From assembly GCA_965223335.1 (NCBI GenBank), contig OZ244991.1:986130-1050129 (forward strand): a stretch of 64,000 nt of DNA, given 5' to 3'. Position numbers and translations under genes: made by a program. Shown here one piece after another: positions 18,190 to 29,111 of the stretch. The stretch is from Thermodesulfobacteriota bacterium. GTDB lineage: Bacteria; Desulfobacterota_D; UBA1144; Nemesobacterales; UBA2774. A model generated the notes under the pieces. That model had not been told where the DNA came from. It searched no databases and worked only from the letters and a program-made list of their open reading frames with translations. Position 1 is the stretch's first letter; the number at the start of each line of letters is the position of its first letter.

Positions 18190-19728
18190 TTAAATCAAAG
18201 TCCTGTCCAAGGTCCTGTACTGTATGGCCTCGGAGATGTGTTCGGATAATACAGCTTCGGAACCCTCCAGGTCGGCTATGGTTCTGGCAACTTTGAGTAT
18301 CCTGTCATAGGCCCGCGCACTTAGCCCAAGCTTGTCTATTGCAGTCTGCAGCAGACTGAGTCCATCTTCATCGGGCACAGAAAGCTTTCTAATGAGTCTG
18401 GGCGGCATCTCGGAATTAGAGTAGATCTTGGTTTTCTTGAACCTTTCTTTTTGTATAGTCCTTGCTTGGTTTACCCGTCTTTTTATTGTTGCCGAGGCCA
18501 CACCACTGAGCTCGCTTGAGAGCTCTTTGTACTTAACGGGCGGTACCTCGACGTGTATGTCAATGCGGTCGAGCAGGGGTCCCGACACCTTGGTCCTATA
18601 CTTCTGAACCATCAAGGCCGAGCAGGTACATACCTTCTGTGGGTCCCCGTGGTACCCGCAGGGGCAGGGGTTCATAGCAGCCACAAGCATAAAGTTAGAT
18701 GGGTAGGTTATCGTAGTCGCAGCCCTAGATATTGTCACTGTGCCGTCCTCAAGGGGCTGGCGAGTGACCTCTAGCACGTTTTTTCTAAACTCAGGCAGCT
18801 CGTCGAGAAATAATACCCCGTTATGAGCCAGGCTCACTTCCCCTGGTTTTGGCACTGCTCCTCCCCCGATCAACCCGGCATCGCTTATAGTGTGGTGGGG
18901 CGAGCGAAACGGTCTTGTGGCCACTACTGATGAATTATTGGAAAGTAAACCTGCGACTGAGTAGATCTTCGTGGTCTCAAGTGCTTCTTCAAGGTTCATA
19001 TCGGGCAGTATTGTGGGCAATCTCCTGGCAAGCATGGTCTTACCCGTACCGGGCGAGCCGATCATAAGCACATTGTGCCCCCCGCTTGCGGCTACCTCGA
19101 GTGCGCGCTTTACATGCTCCTGGCCCTTTACGTCCTGAAAGTCGTTGTCATAGTGCTTATGTTGTTGAAACGTTTCGTCCAGGTCCACTTCAACCGGGGT
19201 TAATTCCCGCTCACCTGCTAAGAACTCAACCAGGTCCGAAAGCGAATTCACAGCCAGCGTATCAATCTCACTCACCACTGCGGCCTCTTCTGCGTTTTCT
19301 GTGGGCACTATTATGCCCTTAAGCCCCTTATCCCTGGCACAGATTGCCGAGGGCAGCACCCCTTTTACACCCTTTACCCTGCCGTCGAGCGAGAGCTCCC
19401 CAAGCACTATGTAGTCGTTTAGTAATTTGCTGTCTATTAACCCCGATGCAGCAAGCAGGCCGATTGATATGGGTAAGTCAAAGGCCGAGCCCTCTTTCCT
19501 AATATCGGCTGGTGCCAGGTTCACAGTAATCTTTCTTTGAGGGAAATCGTATCCGCTATTTTTAATTGCAGACCTTACTCGTTCCTTGCTCTCTTTAACC
19601 GCACCCTCGGGCAGCCCCACTGTTGCGAACTGAGGGAGCCCAAGCGCTATATCAACCTCAACCTCTACAAGATAGGAATCCACACCCAGTGTAGCACTGC
19701 TCAGCACCTTCGATATCATAGCAACCAT
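18190..19728 (-). CDS. YifB/ComM family Mg-chelatase-like AAA+ ATPase
   Basis: N-terminal Lon-like domain (LGVDSYLVEVEVDIALGLPQFATVGLP), AAA+ core (MIGSPGTGKTMLARR; VLFLDELPEF), C-terminal ChlI domain. Confidence 0.85.
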   Translation of the reverse strand: MVAMISKVLSSATLGVDSYLVEVEVDIALGLPQFATVGLPEGAVKESKERVRSAIKNSGYDFPQRKITVNLAPADIRKEGSAFDLPISIGLLAASGLIDSKLLNDYIVLGELSLDGRVKGVKGVLPSAICARDKGLKGIIVPTENAEEAAVVSEIDTLAVNSLSDLVEFLAGERELTPVEVDLDETFQQHKHYDNDFQDVKGQEHVKRALEVAASGGHNVLMIGSPGTGKTMLARRLPTILPDMNLEEALETTKIYSVAGLLSNNSSVVATRPFRSPHHTISDAGLIGGGAVPKPGEVSLAHNGVLFLDELPEFRKNVLEVTRQPLEDGTVTISRAATTITYPSNFMLVAAMNPCPCGYHGDPQKVCTCSALMVQKYRTKVSGPLLDRIDIHVEVPPVKYKELSSELSGVASATIKRRVNQARTIQKERFKKTKIYSNSEMPPRLIRKLSVPDEDGLSLLQTAIDKLGLSARAYDRILKVARTIADLEGSEAVLSEHISEAIQYRTLDRTLI

Positions 19729-19873
19729 CTATTATAACCACTTTTCTTCTTAATTTGTTAGATAAAACAGGAAATATCGTTACAGAATGCGAGAAATCTT
19801 GATAGTAGATACACTATGAAATTGAGTGTGATATACAATATAATATCAATTGGAAAATATAAGGAGGTGACAA

Positions 19874-20167
19874 ATGAGAATAAGTGCCATGATTATTGGG
19901 GTTTTAGTATTTATCATGCCTTGCATTTCCTATGCCGATAGTGATAGTGAATTAAGAGCCGAGATCCTCGGAGAGTCGGCTGGGAAGGCAATAGCAGGTG
20001 ATCATAGTGAGTATCAGCCGGATAAGGCGAAAGAAGAATGTGAATCATCATTTCAAAAACAATGGAAAGAACATTTTGAGGAAAAAGGGTTCTCGACCGA
20101 CGAAGCTGTAGTTAATAGCTTTGTGGGAGGATGTATGAAAAAATATAACAAGGCATTCGGCAAATAG
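19874..20167 (+). CDS. small secreted Cys-containing hypothetical protein
   Basis: Strong RBS AAGGAGG; signal peptide MRISAMIIGVLVFIMPCISYA. Confidence 0.4.
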   Translation: MRISAMIIGVLVFIMPCISYADSDSELRAEILGESAGKAIAGDHSEYQPDKAKEECESSFQKQWKEHFEEKGFSTDEAVVNSFVGGCMKKYNKAFGK

Positions 20168-20262
20168 GGTTAAATTCTTCTAGATTGTACTGTAATCTCA
20201 TGATCATTTTTAATATAGATTATAATAACTAATATTAGTGGTAATAATGGGGGGGTCAAAAT

Positions 20263-20667
20263 ATGCAGGTACGTAATTTAAGCAATTTCTCTTTTGGAGG
20301 TGAAACAAAGTATTCTTTCGACGATGCCATAAAACAAGTTGAAGATGCATTAAAAGAGCAGGGTTTCGGCATATTAACTCAAATCGACGCAAAAAAAGTA
20401 CTAAAAGACAAACTGGATATCGACCGTAGGCCTTACAAAATCCTTGGTGCATGTAATCCTAACTTTGCTCATAAAGCCCTGGATATGGAACCTGAGATTG
20501 GAGTGCTTCTCCCGTGCAATGTGATTGTTTATGAGAAGGAAAACGGAGAAGTCATGGTATCGGCCATGAATCCCCAGGCAGCTCTGGGTTTAGTGGATAA
20601 TACGGATATTGAGAACATTGCCAAAGAGGTTCGAATCCGAGTGGAATCGGCTTTAGAGAAATTATAG
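20263..20667 (+). CDS. DUF302 domain protein
   Basis: KILGACNPNFAHKAL...GVLLPCNVIVYE matches the DUF302 core. Confidence 0.6.
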   Translation: MQVRNLSNFSFGGETKYSFDDAIKQVEDALKEQGFGILTQIDAKKVLKDKLDIDRRPYKILGACNPNFAHKALDMEPEIGVLLPCNVIVYEKENGEVMVSAMNPQAALGLVDNTDIENIAKEVRIRVESALEKL

Positions 20668-20694
20668 ATTTGAAGCCTAAGACTAACAATAGAC

Positions 20695-21222
20695 ATGACA
20701 AACGAGATTATGTCCAATGTTATAAGCAATCCCTCAATGTCGTTATTTATATTGGGTACTTTGGTTTCGATTGTCATTCTAATATTCAAAAGACCGCTCA
20801 ATAAATCTGTTGTTGTAGATGTTCTATTCTCTTACTATCTTTTGTTCAGCATTGGGATCAACTACCTGGTCAACTTTGTCTTGCATGTTTTCTTTGGTGA
20901 TATGATTGCCAAGTTTATAGGTTGGGATAATAGTCCCTTCCAACTAGAAGTAGGTTTTGCGAGCTTGGGTTTTGCAGTAGTAGGGCTGCTTGCATTCAAG
21001 GGGAGTTTGGGAATGAAAGCCGCTGCGGTTATCGGCCCCTCGATGTTTCTATTGGGTGCAGCGGGCGGACATATATACCAGATGATCGAGGCACATAACT
21101 ATGCCCCCGGCAATGCCGGCTCTGTATTTTGGATGGACATCATACTGCCGATAGTAGGTTTTGTACTATTATATTTATACTATAGGTTCAAAAACGGTGT
21201 TGAATCAGCTGTGAGTCTATAG
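20695..21222 (+). CDS. hypothetical integral membrane protein (4-5 TM)
   Basis: Hydrophobic helices; no assignable family. Confidence 0.35.
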   Translation: MTNEIMSNVISNPSMSLFILGTLVSIVILIFKRPLNKSVVVDVLFSYYLLFSIGINYLVNFVLHVFFGDMIAKFIGWDNSPFQLEVGFASLGFAVVGLLAFKGSLGMKAAAVIGPSMFLLGAAGGHIYQMIEAHNYAPGNAGSVFWMDIILPIVGFVLLYLYYRFKNGVESAVSL

Positions 21223-21302
21223 TCTCTATACCTAATTAATGAACTAGTGCTTATTGTATATCCCAGACTCAACAAAAGTATTTAATTTTGTACTTATTCA
21301 AT

Positions 21303-21319
21303 TGTCAGATTATCTGACA
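21303..21319. promoter_or_regulatory. 17-bp perfect palindrome TGTCAGAT-T-ATCTGACA, ~87 bp upstream of ccoI; candidate operator
   Basis: Read directly from the sequence; it shares the TGTC-N9-GACA architecture with the palindrome at 32881-32897. Confidence 0.35.
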
Positions 21320-21405
21320 GCTTACAGAGCCCCATTTGTGTAACCTGTACAAATCATTTACGTTATAGGTGGCATATATGTTGCCAATTCATATACCTCG
21401 AAGAT

Positions 21406-23856
21406 ATGGATACGGCTACGGGCTCTGTGACAACAACTAAGGGAAGTGGTACGATCTCATTGCGGGATTCGGCTTGTATACACTGTGGTGACGAGGTGAC
21501 TCCCGACACGTCGGTTATATACGAGGAAAAGCTGTTTTGCTGCGCGGGATGCGTATCTGTATATCGTTTTATCCACGAGCTTGGGCTTTCGGAATTCTAT
21601 AATCTTAAAGACACAAATTCCCCCACACCTTACAAGGTCACCGACACCCGGGATTACTCCTATCTGAACACAGAGAGTTTTAAAAAACAGTACACACTAG
21701 AGGGCGAGCCGAACACTATGGTTTTTTACATAGAGGGTGTTCATTGCTCGGCATGCCTGTGGTTGATTGAACGGATTCCTCAGTACGAGAGCAATATAAA
21801 TTCAGTTCAACTCGATATGTCTACCAATCTGGCGACAGTTCGGTTTCATGACACTACCCATTTCTCTTCGTTCCCGGATATGATCAGTAAGCTTGGATAC
21901 AGGGCTCATCCAGTAAAAGATGATGATCATGTCCGGGAACTCCTTTTGCGCGAGAACCGCTGGGCGCTTATCCGATTGGCAGTCGCGGGGGTAGCCGCAG
22001 GCAATATCATGTTGCTGTCCGCTGCCATATACTCGGGGGCCGATGGCTTCATGGGTAACTATTTCGGGCTAATAAATATGATTTTGGCAATCCCGGTAGT
22101 GTCATACTGCGCTTACCCTTTCTATAAGAGCGTTCTCAGGTCATTAAACAACAGACAGCTAACTGTAGATATACCGATTGTTTTTGTCATCCTAGTTGGG
22201 TTCATATTGAGCACATACGGTTTTTTTAGGGGCAGCGACCAGGTCTATTTCGATTCGATTACTGTGTTTGTGTTCCTATTGCTCGCCAGCAGGTATGTGC
22301 TCTCGATTATCCGCTCCAGGGTCTCTGATCACGAACCGCTTAGCAACAGCATATTCTCGTCCGATAAAACATTGGTCTGGGACAAGGCTTCCAAACAGTA
22401 TTTCTACCAGCCTACTCATATCCTTAGACCCGGCGATCGTATTAAGTTGGAGCGGGGCGATCGTGTACCAGTAGACGGGGTATTGGCGGGTGCTAATGCG
22501 ACGCTTAATTTATCGGTTTTAAGCGGCGAGAGCATTCCTGTTACTGCACTCAGGGGCGATGCGGTATATGCGGGTTCGATTGTGTTGGGTGAGCAAACAG
22601 TTGTAGAGGTAGAGAAAACTAAAAGCGACACACGCATTGGAAAGATACTCGATAAAATAGATAAAAATTACGACTCCACACCCCAGTGCCGTTCATTTGC
22701 ATCCAGGTACTCCACTATTTTTACATTGCTCGTAGTTGTGAGTGCATTTTGTACATTCGGCGCTGTAAGCGTACTTTACGGATCAGCAGTAGCACTCGAC
22801 AGGGTTATTGCTCTTGTTCTGATCTCGTGTCCGTGCGCATTCGTAATAGCGCTACCCCTAATACATGGCCTATCACTCAAAGGGGGTTTGAACAAGGGGT
22901 TTATTGTTAAAGACCTCGGTGTGCTCGAGAGGTTTGGAGCTATAGACAACATATTTTTCGACAAAACCGGTACACTGACCAAGGGGGTATTCAAGGTGCT
23001 TCGTTGGGATCTGGATGACATGGGGGACGATGATCTTTCCGCTGTGCTCGCAATTGAGAGGATGTCCTCACACCCTGTAGCTAGGTCAATTGTATCGTAT
23101 CTATCCCAAAAGAGGCTTAACAACCCCGTGGTTACAGAGATGAAGACGGTACCGTTAAGGGGTGTAGAGGCCGTGGTAAACGGCCACTCTTATAGGATCG
23201 TATCCGATATAGAAAAAAACCACGAGACCGACTTCAACCAGATTGTCTCTACACAGACACTCATATTTAAGGACGATAAACCGATCTCTACTGTGTATCT
23301 GGGCGACTCGTTAAAAGAAGATGCCAAATTTGTCTTAAATCAACTCGGTCAAATGGACTACGATCTTTTTATCCTCTCGGGCGATAAAGAGGGCAACGTA
23401 AAGAGCGTGGCCCAGAGGCTTCAGATTCCCCTCGAATCTGCGTACTGGGGCAAAACACCCGAGGAAAAATCCGAAATAGTAAGTGGTGCTTCAGGGAGCC
23501 TAATGGTAGGGGATGGGCTAAACGACACCGGTGCTATGTCGTCTGCCGACGCCAGTGTGTCTGTGCAGGGTGGGGTCGAGGAGAGCCTCAAGGTATCTGA
23601 TGTATATATATTGAATAACGACCTCTACACGCTGCTCGATATATTTCAGCATGCGGATCTAACCAGACAAACCATACGACGCAACAGTGTGTTTTCGGTG
23701 CTCTACAACGTGGGCGGCGGAGCGCTTGCGGTCATGGGTTACGTAGGCCCGCTTGTGGCAGCGGTTCTTATGCCCCTTAGCTCAGTACTCTTAATTGCGT
23801 CCTCAGTCTATGGATATAACAAAATGTCGCAAAGACGGGGAGGATACTCCAGATGA
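21406..23856 (+). CDS. ccoI: copper-translocating P1B-type ATPase, CcoI/FixI type
   Basis: N-terminal Cys-rich metal-binding region, HMA-like CSAC, CPC motif in TM6 (SCPCAF), DKTGTLT, GDGLNDTGAM. Its stop overlaps the ccoS start; the cbb3 genes follow. Confidence 0.85.
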   Translation: MDTATGSVTTTKGSGTISLRDSACIHCGDEVTPDTSVIYEEKLFCCAGCVSVYRFIHELGLSEFYNLKDTNSPTPYKVTDTRDYSYLNTESFKKQYTLEGEPNTMVFYIEGVHCSACLWLIERIPQYESNINSVQLDMSTNLATVRFHDTTHFSSFPDMISKLGYRAHPVKDDDHVRELLLRENRWALIRLAVAGVAAGNIMLLSAAIYSGADGFMGNYFGLINMILAIPVVSYCAYPFYKSVLRSLNNRQLTVDIPIVFVILVGFILSTYGFFRGSDQVYFDSITVFVFLLLASRYVLSIIRSRVSDHEPLSNSIFSSDKTLVWDKASKQYFYQPTHILRPGDRIKLERGDRVPVDGVLAGANATLNLSVLSGESIPVTALRGDAVYAGSIVLGEQTVVEVEKTKSDTRIGKILDKIDKNYDSTPQCRSFASRYSTIFTLLVVVSAFCTFGAVSVLYGSAVALDRVIALVLISCPCAFVIALPLIHGLSLKGGLNKGFIVKDLGVLERFGAIDNIFFDKTGTLTKGVFKVLRWDLDDMGDDDLSAVLAIERMSSHPVARSIVSYLSQKRLNNPVVTEMKTVPLRGVEAVVNGHSYRIVSDIEKNHETDFNQIVSTQTLIFKDDKPISTVYLGDSLKEDAKFVLNQLGQMDYDLFILSGDKEGNVKSVAQRLQIPLESAYWGKTPEEKSEIVSGASGSLMVGDGLNDTGAMSSADASVSVQGGVEESLKVSDVYILNNDLYTLLDIFQHADLTRQTIRRNSVFSVLYNVGGGALAVMGYVGPLVAAVLMPLSSVLLIASSVYGYNKMSQRRGGYSR

Positions 23857-24032
23857 GCATCATACTTCTTACACTAGGGGTTTCTATTACGCTTGCATTG
23901 ATATTCCTCGGTGTTTTTATATGGGCCACTCATAAGGGTCAATACGACGACCTTGTTACACCGAGCCAACGAATGTTAATAGACGATTATGAAGAGATAC
24001 AAACAAAATCTGCCTTAAAGGAGGACAGATAG
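23853..24032 (+). CDS. ccoS: cbb3 oxidase maturation protein CcoS/FixS (59 aa; below the ORF-track length cutoff)
   Basis: ATG overlaps the ccoI stop (ATGA). The translation has one TM and the FIWATHKGQYDDLVTPSQRMLIDD signature of CcoS. Confidence 0.75.
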   Translation: MSIILLTLGVSITLALIFLGVFIWATHKGQYDDLVTPSQRMLIDDYEEIQTKSALKEDR

Positions 24033-24034
24033 AC

Positions 24035-26194
<2,160 letters not shown>

Positions 26195-26229
26195 CTCTCT
26201 CGTACTTTGAAAATTCAGAACTGGTTGTC

Positions 26230-26370
26230 GTGGCGCTAATACTGTTTTTATTTGCGTACGGCGGTTTTGTTCTGATGTATATCAGGAAATCCAATTCCGA
26301 GGTTCTCGAACAAATGAGCGAGATGCCTTTGGAACAAGAGCATAAGCAAGTAATGGAGGAAACGAAATGA
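26230..26370 (+). CDS. CcoQ-like small membrane protein (start uncertain)
   Basis: A ~46 aa single-TM ORF (VALILFLFAYGGFVLMYIRK...) whose stop overlaps the ccoP start, in the ccoQ position between ccoO and ccoP. Confidence 0.3.
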   Translation: MALILFLFAYGGFVLMYIRKSNSEVLEQMSEMPLEQEHKQVMEETK

Positions 26371-26933
26371 CTGAAAAGGATAAATTGATCGAAGGGCACA
26401 ATTATGACGGCATCCAGGAGCTTAACAACCCATTGCCCGGATGGTGGCTCATGACGTTTTATCTGACCATTATCTTCTCTGTTATCTATTTTGGCTATTA
26501 TCAGATATTCGGCGGGCCGACCTCAGAGGAAGAGTTGGCGTCGGCTCTAAGTTCGATACAGGGCGAGAGAGAGATAGCCGCTGAGGAAAGGGGCGAGAAA
26601 ACAGAACAGGACTTTGTGGCCATGGCCGAAGACAGTGCTGCTATAGAGAGTGGTATGACCGAGTATGTGGCAAAGTGTGCAGTTTGCCACGGTGACAAGG
26701 GGCAGGGGTTAATCGGCCCCAACCTGACCGACGAATACTGGATATCCGCCGACGGTTCGGTAACCTCTATTATTACTACTATAAACACGGGTGTTGTCGA
26801 CAAGGGTATGCCCCCGTGGAAGGGTCAGATCGCTCCCGAGCTTATAGAGAATATTGCTGTGTACGTTTATACTTTGCAGGGCACTGAACCCGAGGGTGCA
26901 AAACCCCCTCAGGGAGAAAAGATAACTAAGTAA
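26367..26933 (+). CDS. ccoP: cbb3 oxidase subunit III CcoP, monoheme variant
   Basis: N-terminal FixP signature HNYDGIQELNNPLPGWWLMTFYLTIIF, then a single CAVCHG heme c domain. It is 188 aa, whereas the canonical diheme CcoP is ~290 aa. Confidence 0.75.
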   Translation: MTEKDKLIEGHNYDGIQELNNPLPGWWLMTFYLTIIFSVIYFGYYQIFGGPTSEEELASALSSIQGEREIAAEERGEKTEQDFVAMAEDSAAIESGMTEYVAKCAVCHGDKGQGLIGPNLTDEYWISADGSVTSIITTINTGVVDKGMPPWKGQIAPELIENIAVYVYTLQGTEPEGAKPPQGEKITK

Positions 26934-28363
26934 TGAAGGTACTGGATCAAAGACATCTTCCAGAGAAGCGCCCTGCAACCATGGATGAGACAGGGAAGAG
27001 GGTTTATATCTTCCCGGCACAGGTCAAGGGATTTTTCCGCCGCTACCGGACCATATTACAGGTAGCGTTGGTGCTTTTCTTTTTGATCCTACCCTGGATC
27101 AAGATCGCCGGGCACCAGGCGCTTTTGCTTGATATAGCTCAAAGAAGGTTCTCCATATTCGGGCTCACATTTTGGGCCCACGACGGCCCGCTCATCTTTT
27201 TTCTCCTGGCTGTGCTTTGCTTGGGCCTAGCTTTTATTACCGCTATTTGGGGCAGGGTATGGTGCGGGTGGGGCTGCCCGCAAACGGTTTTTATCGACGG
27301 AGTGTTCAGACGCATCGAGTACTGGATACTTGGCAGTCATATAAAACAGATGAACATGGCCAGGTCGCCCTGGTCCGGTTCCAAGCTTCTTAAATACGGT
27401 GCGGTATGGACGCTATTTACAGTTGTAAGTCTTATAATCGCGCATAGCTTCCTTGCGTACTTTGTCGGTGCCGAGCGGCTTGTGGACATGACTCAAAACA
27501 ACCCCCGCGAGAACTGGACTATCTTTCTCATCATGGCTTTTGTTACTGCAGTTGTGCTTTTTGATTTCGGTTGGTTCCGCGAACAGTTCTGCATCATCGT
27601 CTGTCCCTACGGCAGGTTCCAGTCAGTGCTCATGGACGACGATTCAATGACCGTTACCTACGACTACAACCGGGGCGAGCCCCGCAGGGGTGAGGCAAAG
27701 GAGGGCGAGCCGGAGGGCGACTGTATTAATTGTTTCAGATGTATCACTGTGTGTCCCACGGGCATCGATATCCGCCAGGGGATGCAGATGGAGTGTGTGG
27801 GTTGTACTGCGTGTATCGATGTGTGTGACGAGGTTATGGACAATGTAGATAAACCCAAGGGCCTTATAAGGTATGCAACGGGCAAGAGCTTAAAAGGGCT
27901 TACAAGCAGTTGGTTCAGGCCAAGGGTTGCACTTTACAGCCTACTTTTCCTTGTTTCTATATCCGCTCTGGTATACACGGTATCAAACAGAGACGAGATA
28001 GTTGTTACGGTGCTAAGAGCAAGGGACAATCCCTATCAGGTGGTAGGAGCAACTGAGGGCACGGAAGAACAGGTAATAAACCATTTTAAGATCCACCTCA
28101 AGAACCAGACTTTCGAGGATATGGATCTTATGATTAAGCTTCCGGAAAATTGGTTAAAAGAAAACGTAGAACTTGTTTCACAGTCAAACACCCTCAACAT
28201 TAAGGCTGGAGAGAACGCAGTAGTGCATCTATTTGTAAAATTCCCAAAAGCTGTTCTCTCCACTAGCGGCAGCGCCACGATTACATTGGATGTGGTAAAT
28301 ACGGCTGATAATAAGATCGAGGTAAACAAGGAGATGAAACTTGTCGGTCCTAAGTCAGTTTGA
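26933..28363 (+). CDS. ccoG: cbb3 oxidase accessory protein CcoG/FixG (polyferredoxin)
   Basis: TM helices plus two 4Fe-4S motifs (CINCFRCITVCP; CVGCTACIDVCD); start overlaps the ccoP stop. Confidence 0.8.
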   Translation: MKVLDQRHLPEKRPATMDETGKRVYIFPAQVKGFFRRYRTILQVALVLFFLILPWIKIAGHQALLLDIAQRRFSIFGLTFWAHDGPLIFFLLAVLCLGLAFITAIWGRVWCGWGCPQTVFIDGVFRRIEYWILGSHIKQMNMARSPWSGSKLLKYGAVWTLFTVVSLIIAHSFLAYFVGAERLVDMTQNNPRENWTIFLIMAFVTAVVLFDFGWFREQFCIIVCPYGRFQSVLMDDDSMTVTYDYNRGEPRRGEAKEGEPEGDCINCFRCITVCPTGIDIRQGMQMECVGCTACIDVCDEVMDNVDKPKGLIRYATGKSLKGLTSSWFRPRVALYSLLFLVSISALVYTVSNRDEIVVTVLRARDNPYQVVGATEGTEEQVINHFKIHLKNQTFEDMDLMIKLPENWLKENVELVSQSNTLNIKAGENAVVHLFVKFPKAVLSTSGSATITLDVVNTADNKIEVNKEMKLVGPKSV

Positions 28364-29066
28364 GCATATAGTGGCCGGGTGGTCATTGCTATCGATCCCA
28401 CTTGCGGTACTTGTAGCAAGTCTTTTGGGCAGTTCCCACTGCATATCGATGTGTAGCCCGATTGCTGCTACACTGCATGGTACCAGGGGGTATCTGAGCG
28501 TATATCATTTCGGCAGGCTGCTCTCTTACATTGTTTTGGGTGTGCTTGCAGGCCTAGTAGGTGAAGCCGTCCTCTCAAACAACCTGCCTTTGGTCTCCAA
28601 GATCTCTGCCGTGCTTATCTCAGTGTTTTTCATATTCACCGGTTATAGAATTATCAAAAAAAAGACACTCGATATTCTCCCTTCAAAGACCATGACCTCC
28701 ATACTGCTCTATCCCGCAAAATGGTCTCTCACACAGAACAGAGCCACCAGGTCGTTTGTAATAGGTGTGGTGAACGGGTTTTTGCCATGCGGGTGGCTAT
28801 ATATATTTGTAATAGGTTCCGTTGCCTCTAAAGACCCTTTTTACAGTGCGTTTATACTGTTTATTTTCTGGTTAGGAACTCTCCCTGCACTCACAGCATT
28901 CCCGATGTTGTATAAAAAGGTGTTTCAAAACGCACCCAGAAAATTGAGTGTAGCTGCAGGCATAGTGCTAATACTCGCAGGACTGCTTACAATTACATAC
29001 CACACTCTTCCGCACGGCTCGCATGGCAATGGCCATAGCCATATGCACATGAGCACTCACGAGTAG
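28341..29066 (+). CDS. DsbD_2 / TauE-SafE-like membrane protein with HCxxMC motif and His-rich C-tail (putative cbb3/copper maturation factor)
   Basis: 6 TM; SSHCISMCSP motif in TM1; C-terminal HGSHGNGHSHMHMSTHE. TTG start preceded by an AAGGAG RBS; overlaps the ccoG 3' end. Confidence 0.5.
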   Translation: MSVLSQFEHIVAGWSLLSIPLAVLVASLLGSSHCISMCSPIAATLHGTRGYLSVYHFGRLLSYIVLGVLAGLVGEAVLSNNLPLVSKISAVLISVFFIFTGYRIIKKKTLDILPSKTMTSILLYPAKWSLTQNRATRSFVIGVVNGFLPCGWLYIFVIGSVASKDPFYSAFILFIFWLGTLPALTAFPMLYKKVFQNAPRKLSVAAGIVLILAGLLTITYHTLPHGSHGNGHSHMHMSTHE

Positions 29067-29111
29067 GTTCTTCAAAACTATTTAAGTGATTTAAACACCG
29101 GGTAGAGGGCT

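Noticed and set aside
21291-21325. LexA (CTGT-N8-ACAG) or Fur box interpretation of the ccoI-upstream palindrome
   Set aside because: The spacing (CTGT...ACAG would need N11) and half-site sequence do not fit the E. coli-type LexA box or the GATAATGATAATCATTATC Fur consensus. Left as an unassigned dyad.
21325-21360. CRP/FNR-like site TGTGTAACCTGTACA upstream of ccoI
   Set aside because: Only 4/5 and 3/5 matches to the TGTGA-N6-TCACA half-sites, and no TTGAT-N4-ATCAA FNR box. Too weak to call, though cbb3 operons are often FNR/FixK-regulated.
22268-23123. Small ORFs on both strands inside ccoI (22268-22474, 22416-22637, 22686-22910, 22776-23123)
   Set aside because: All are embedded in the well-supported P-type ATPase reading frame and have Ser/Pro/Arg-rich low-complexity products.
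29067-29111. Bidirectional terminator between the DsbD_2 gene and the NtrC-like gene
   Set aside because: Only a 5-bp TAGAG/CTCTA stem with a 2-nt loop and no flanking U-tract; too weak to annotate.
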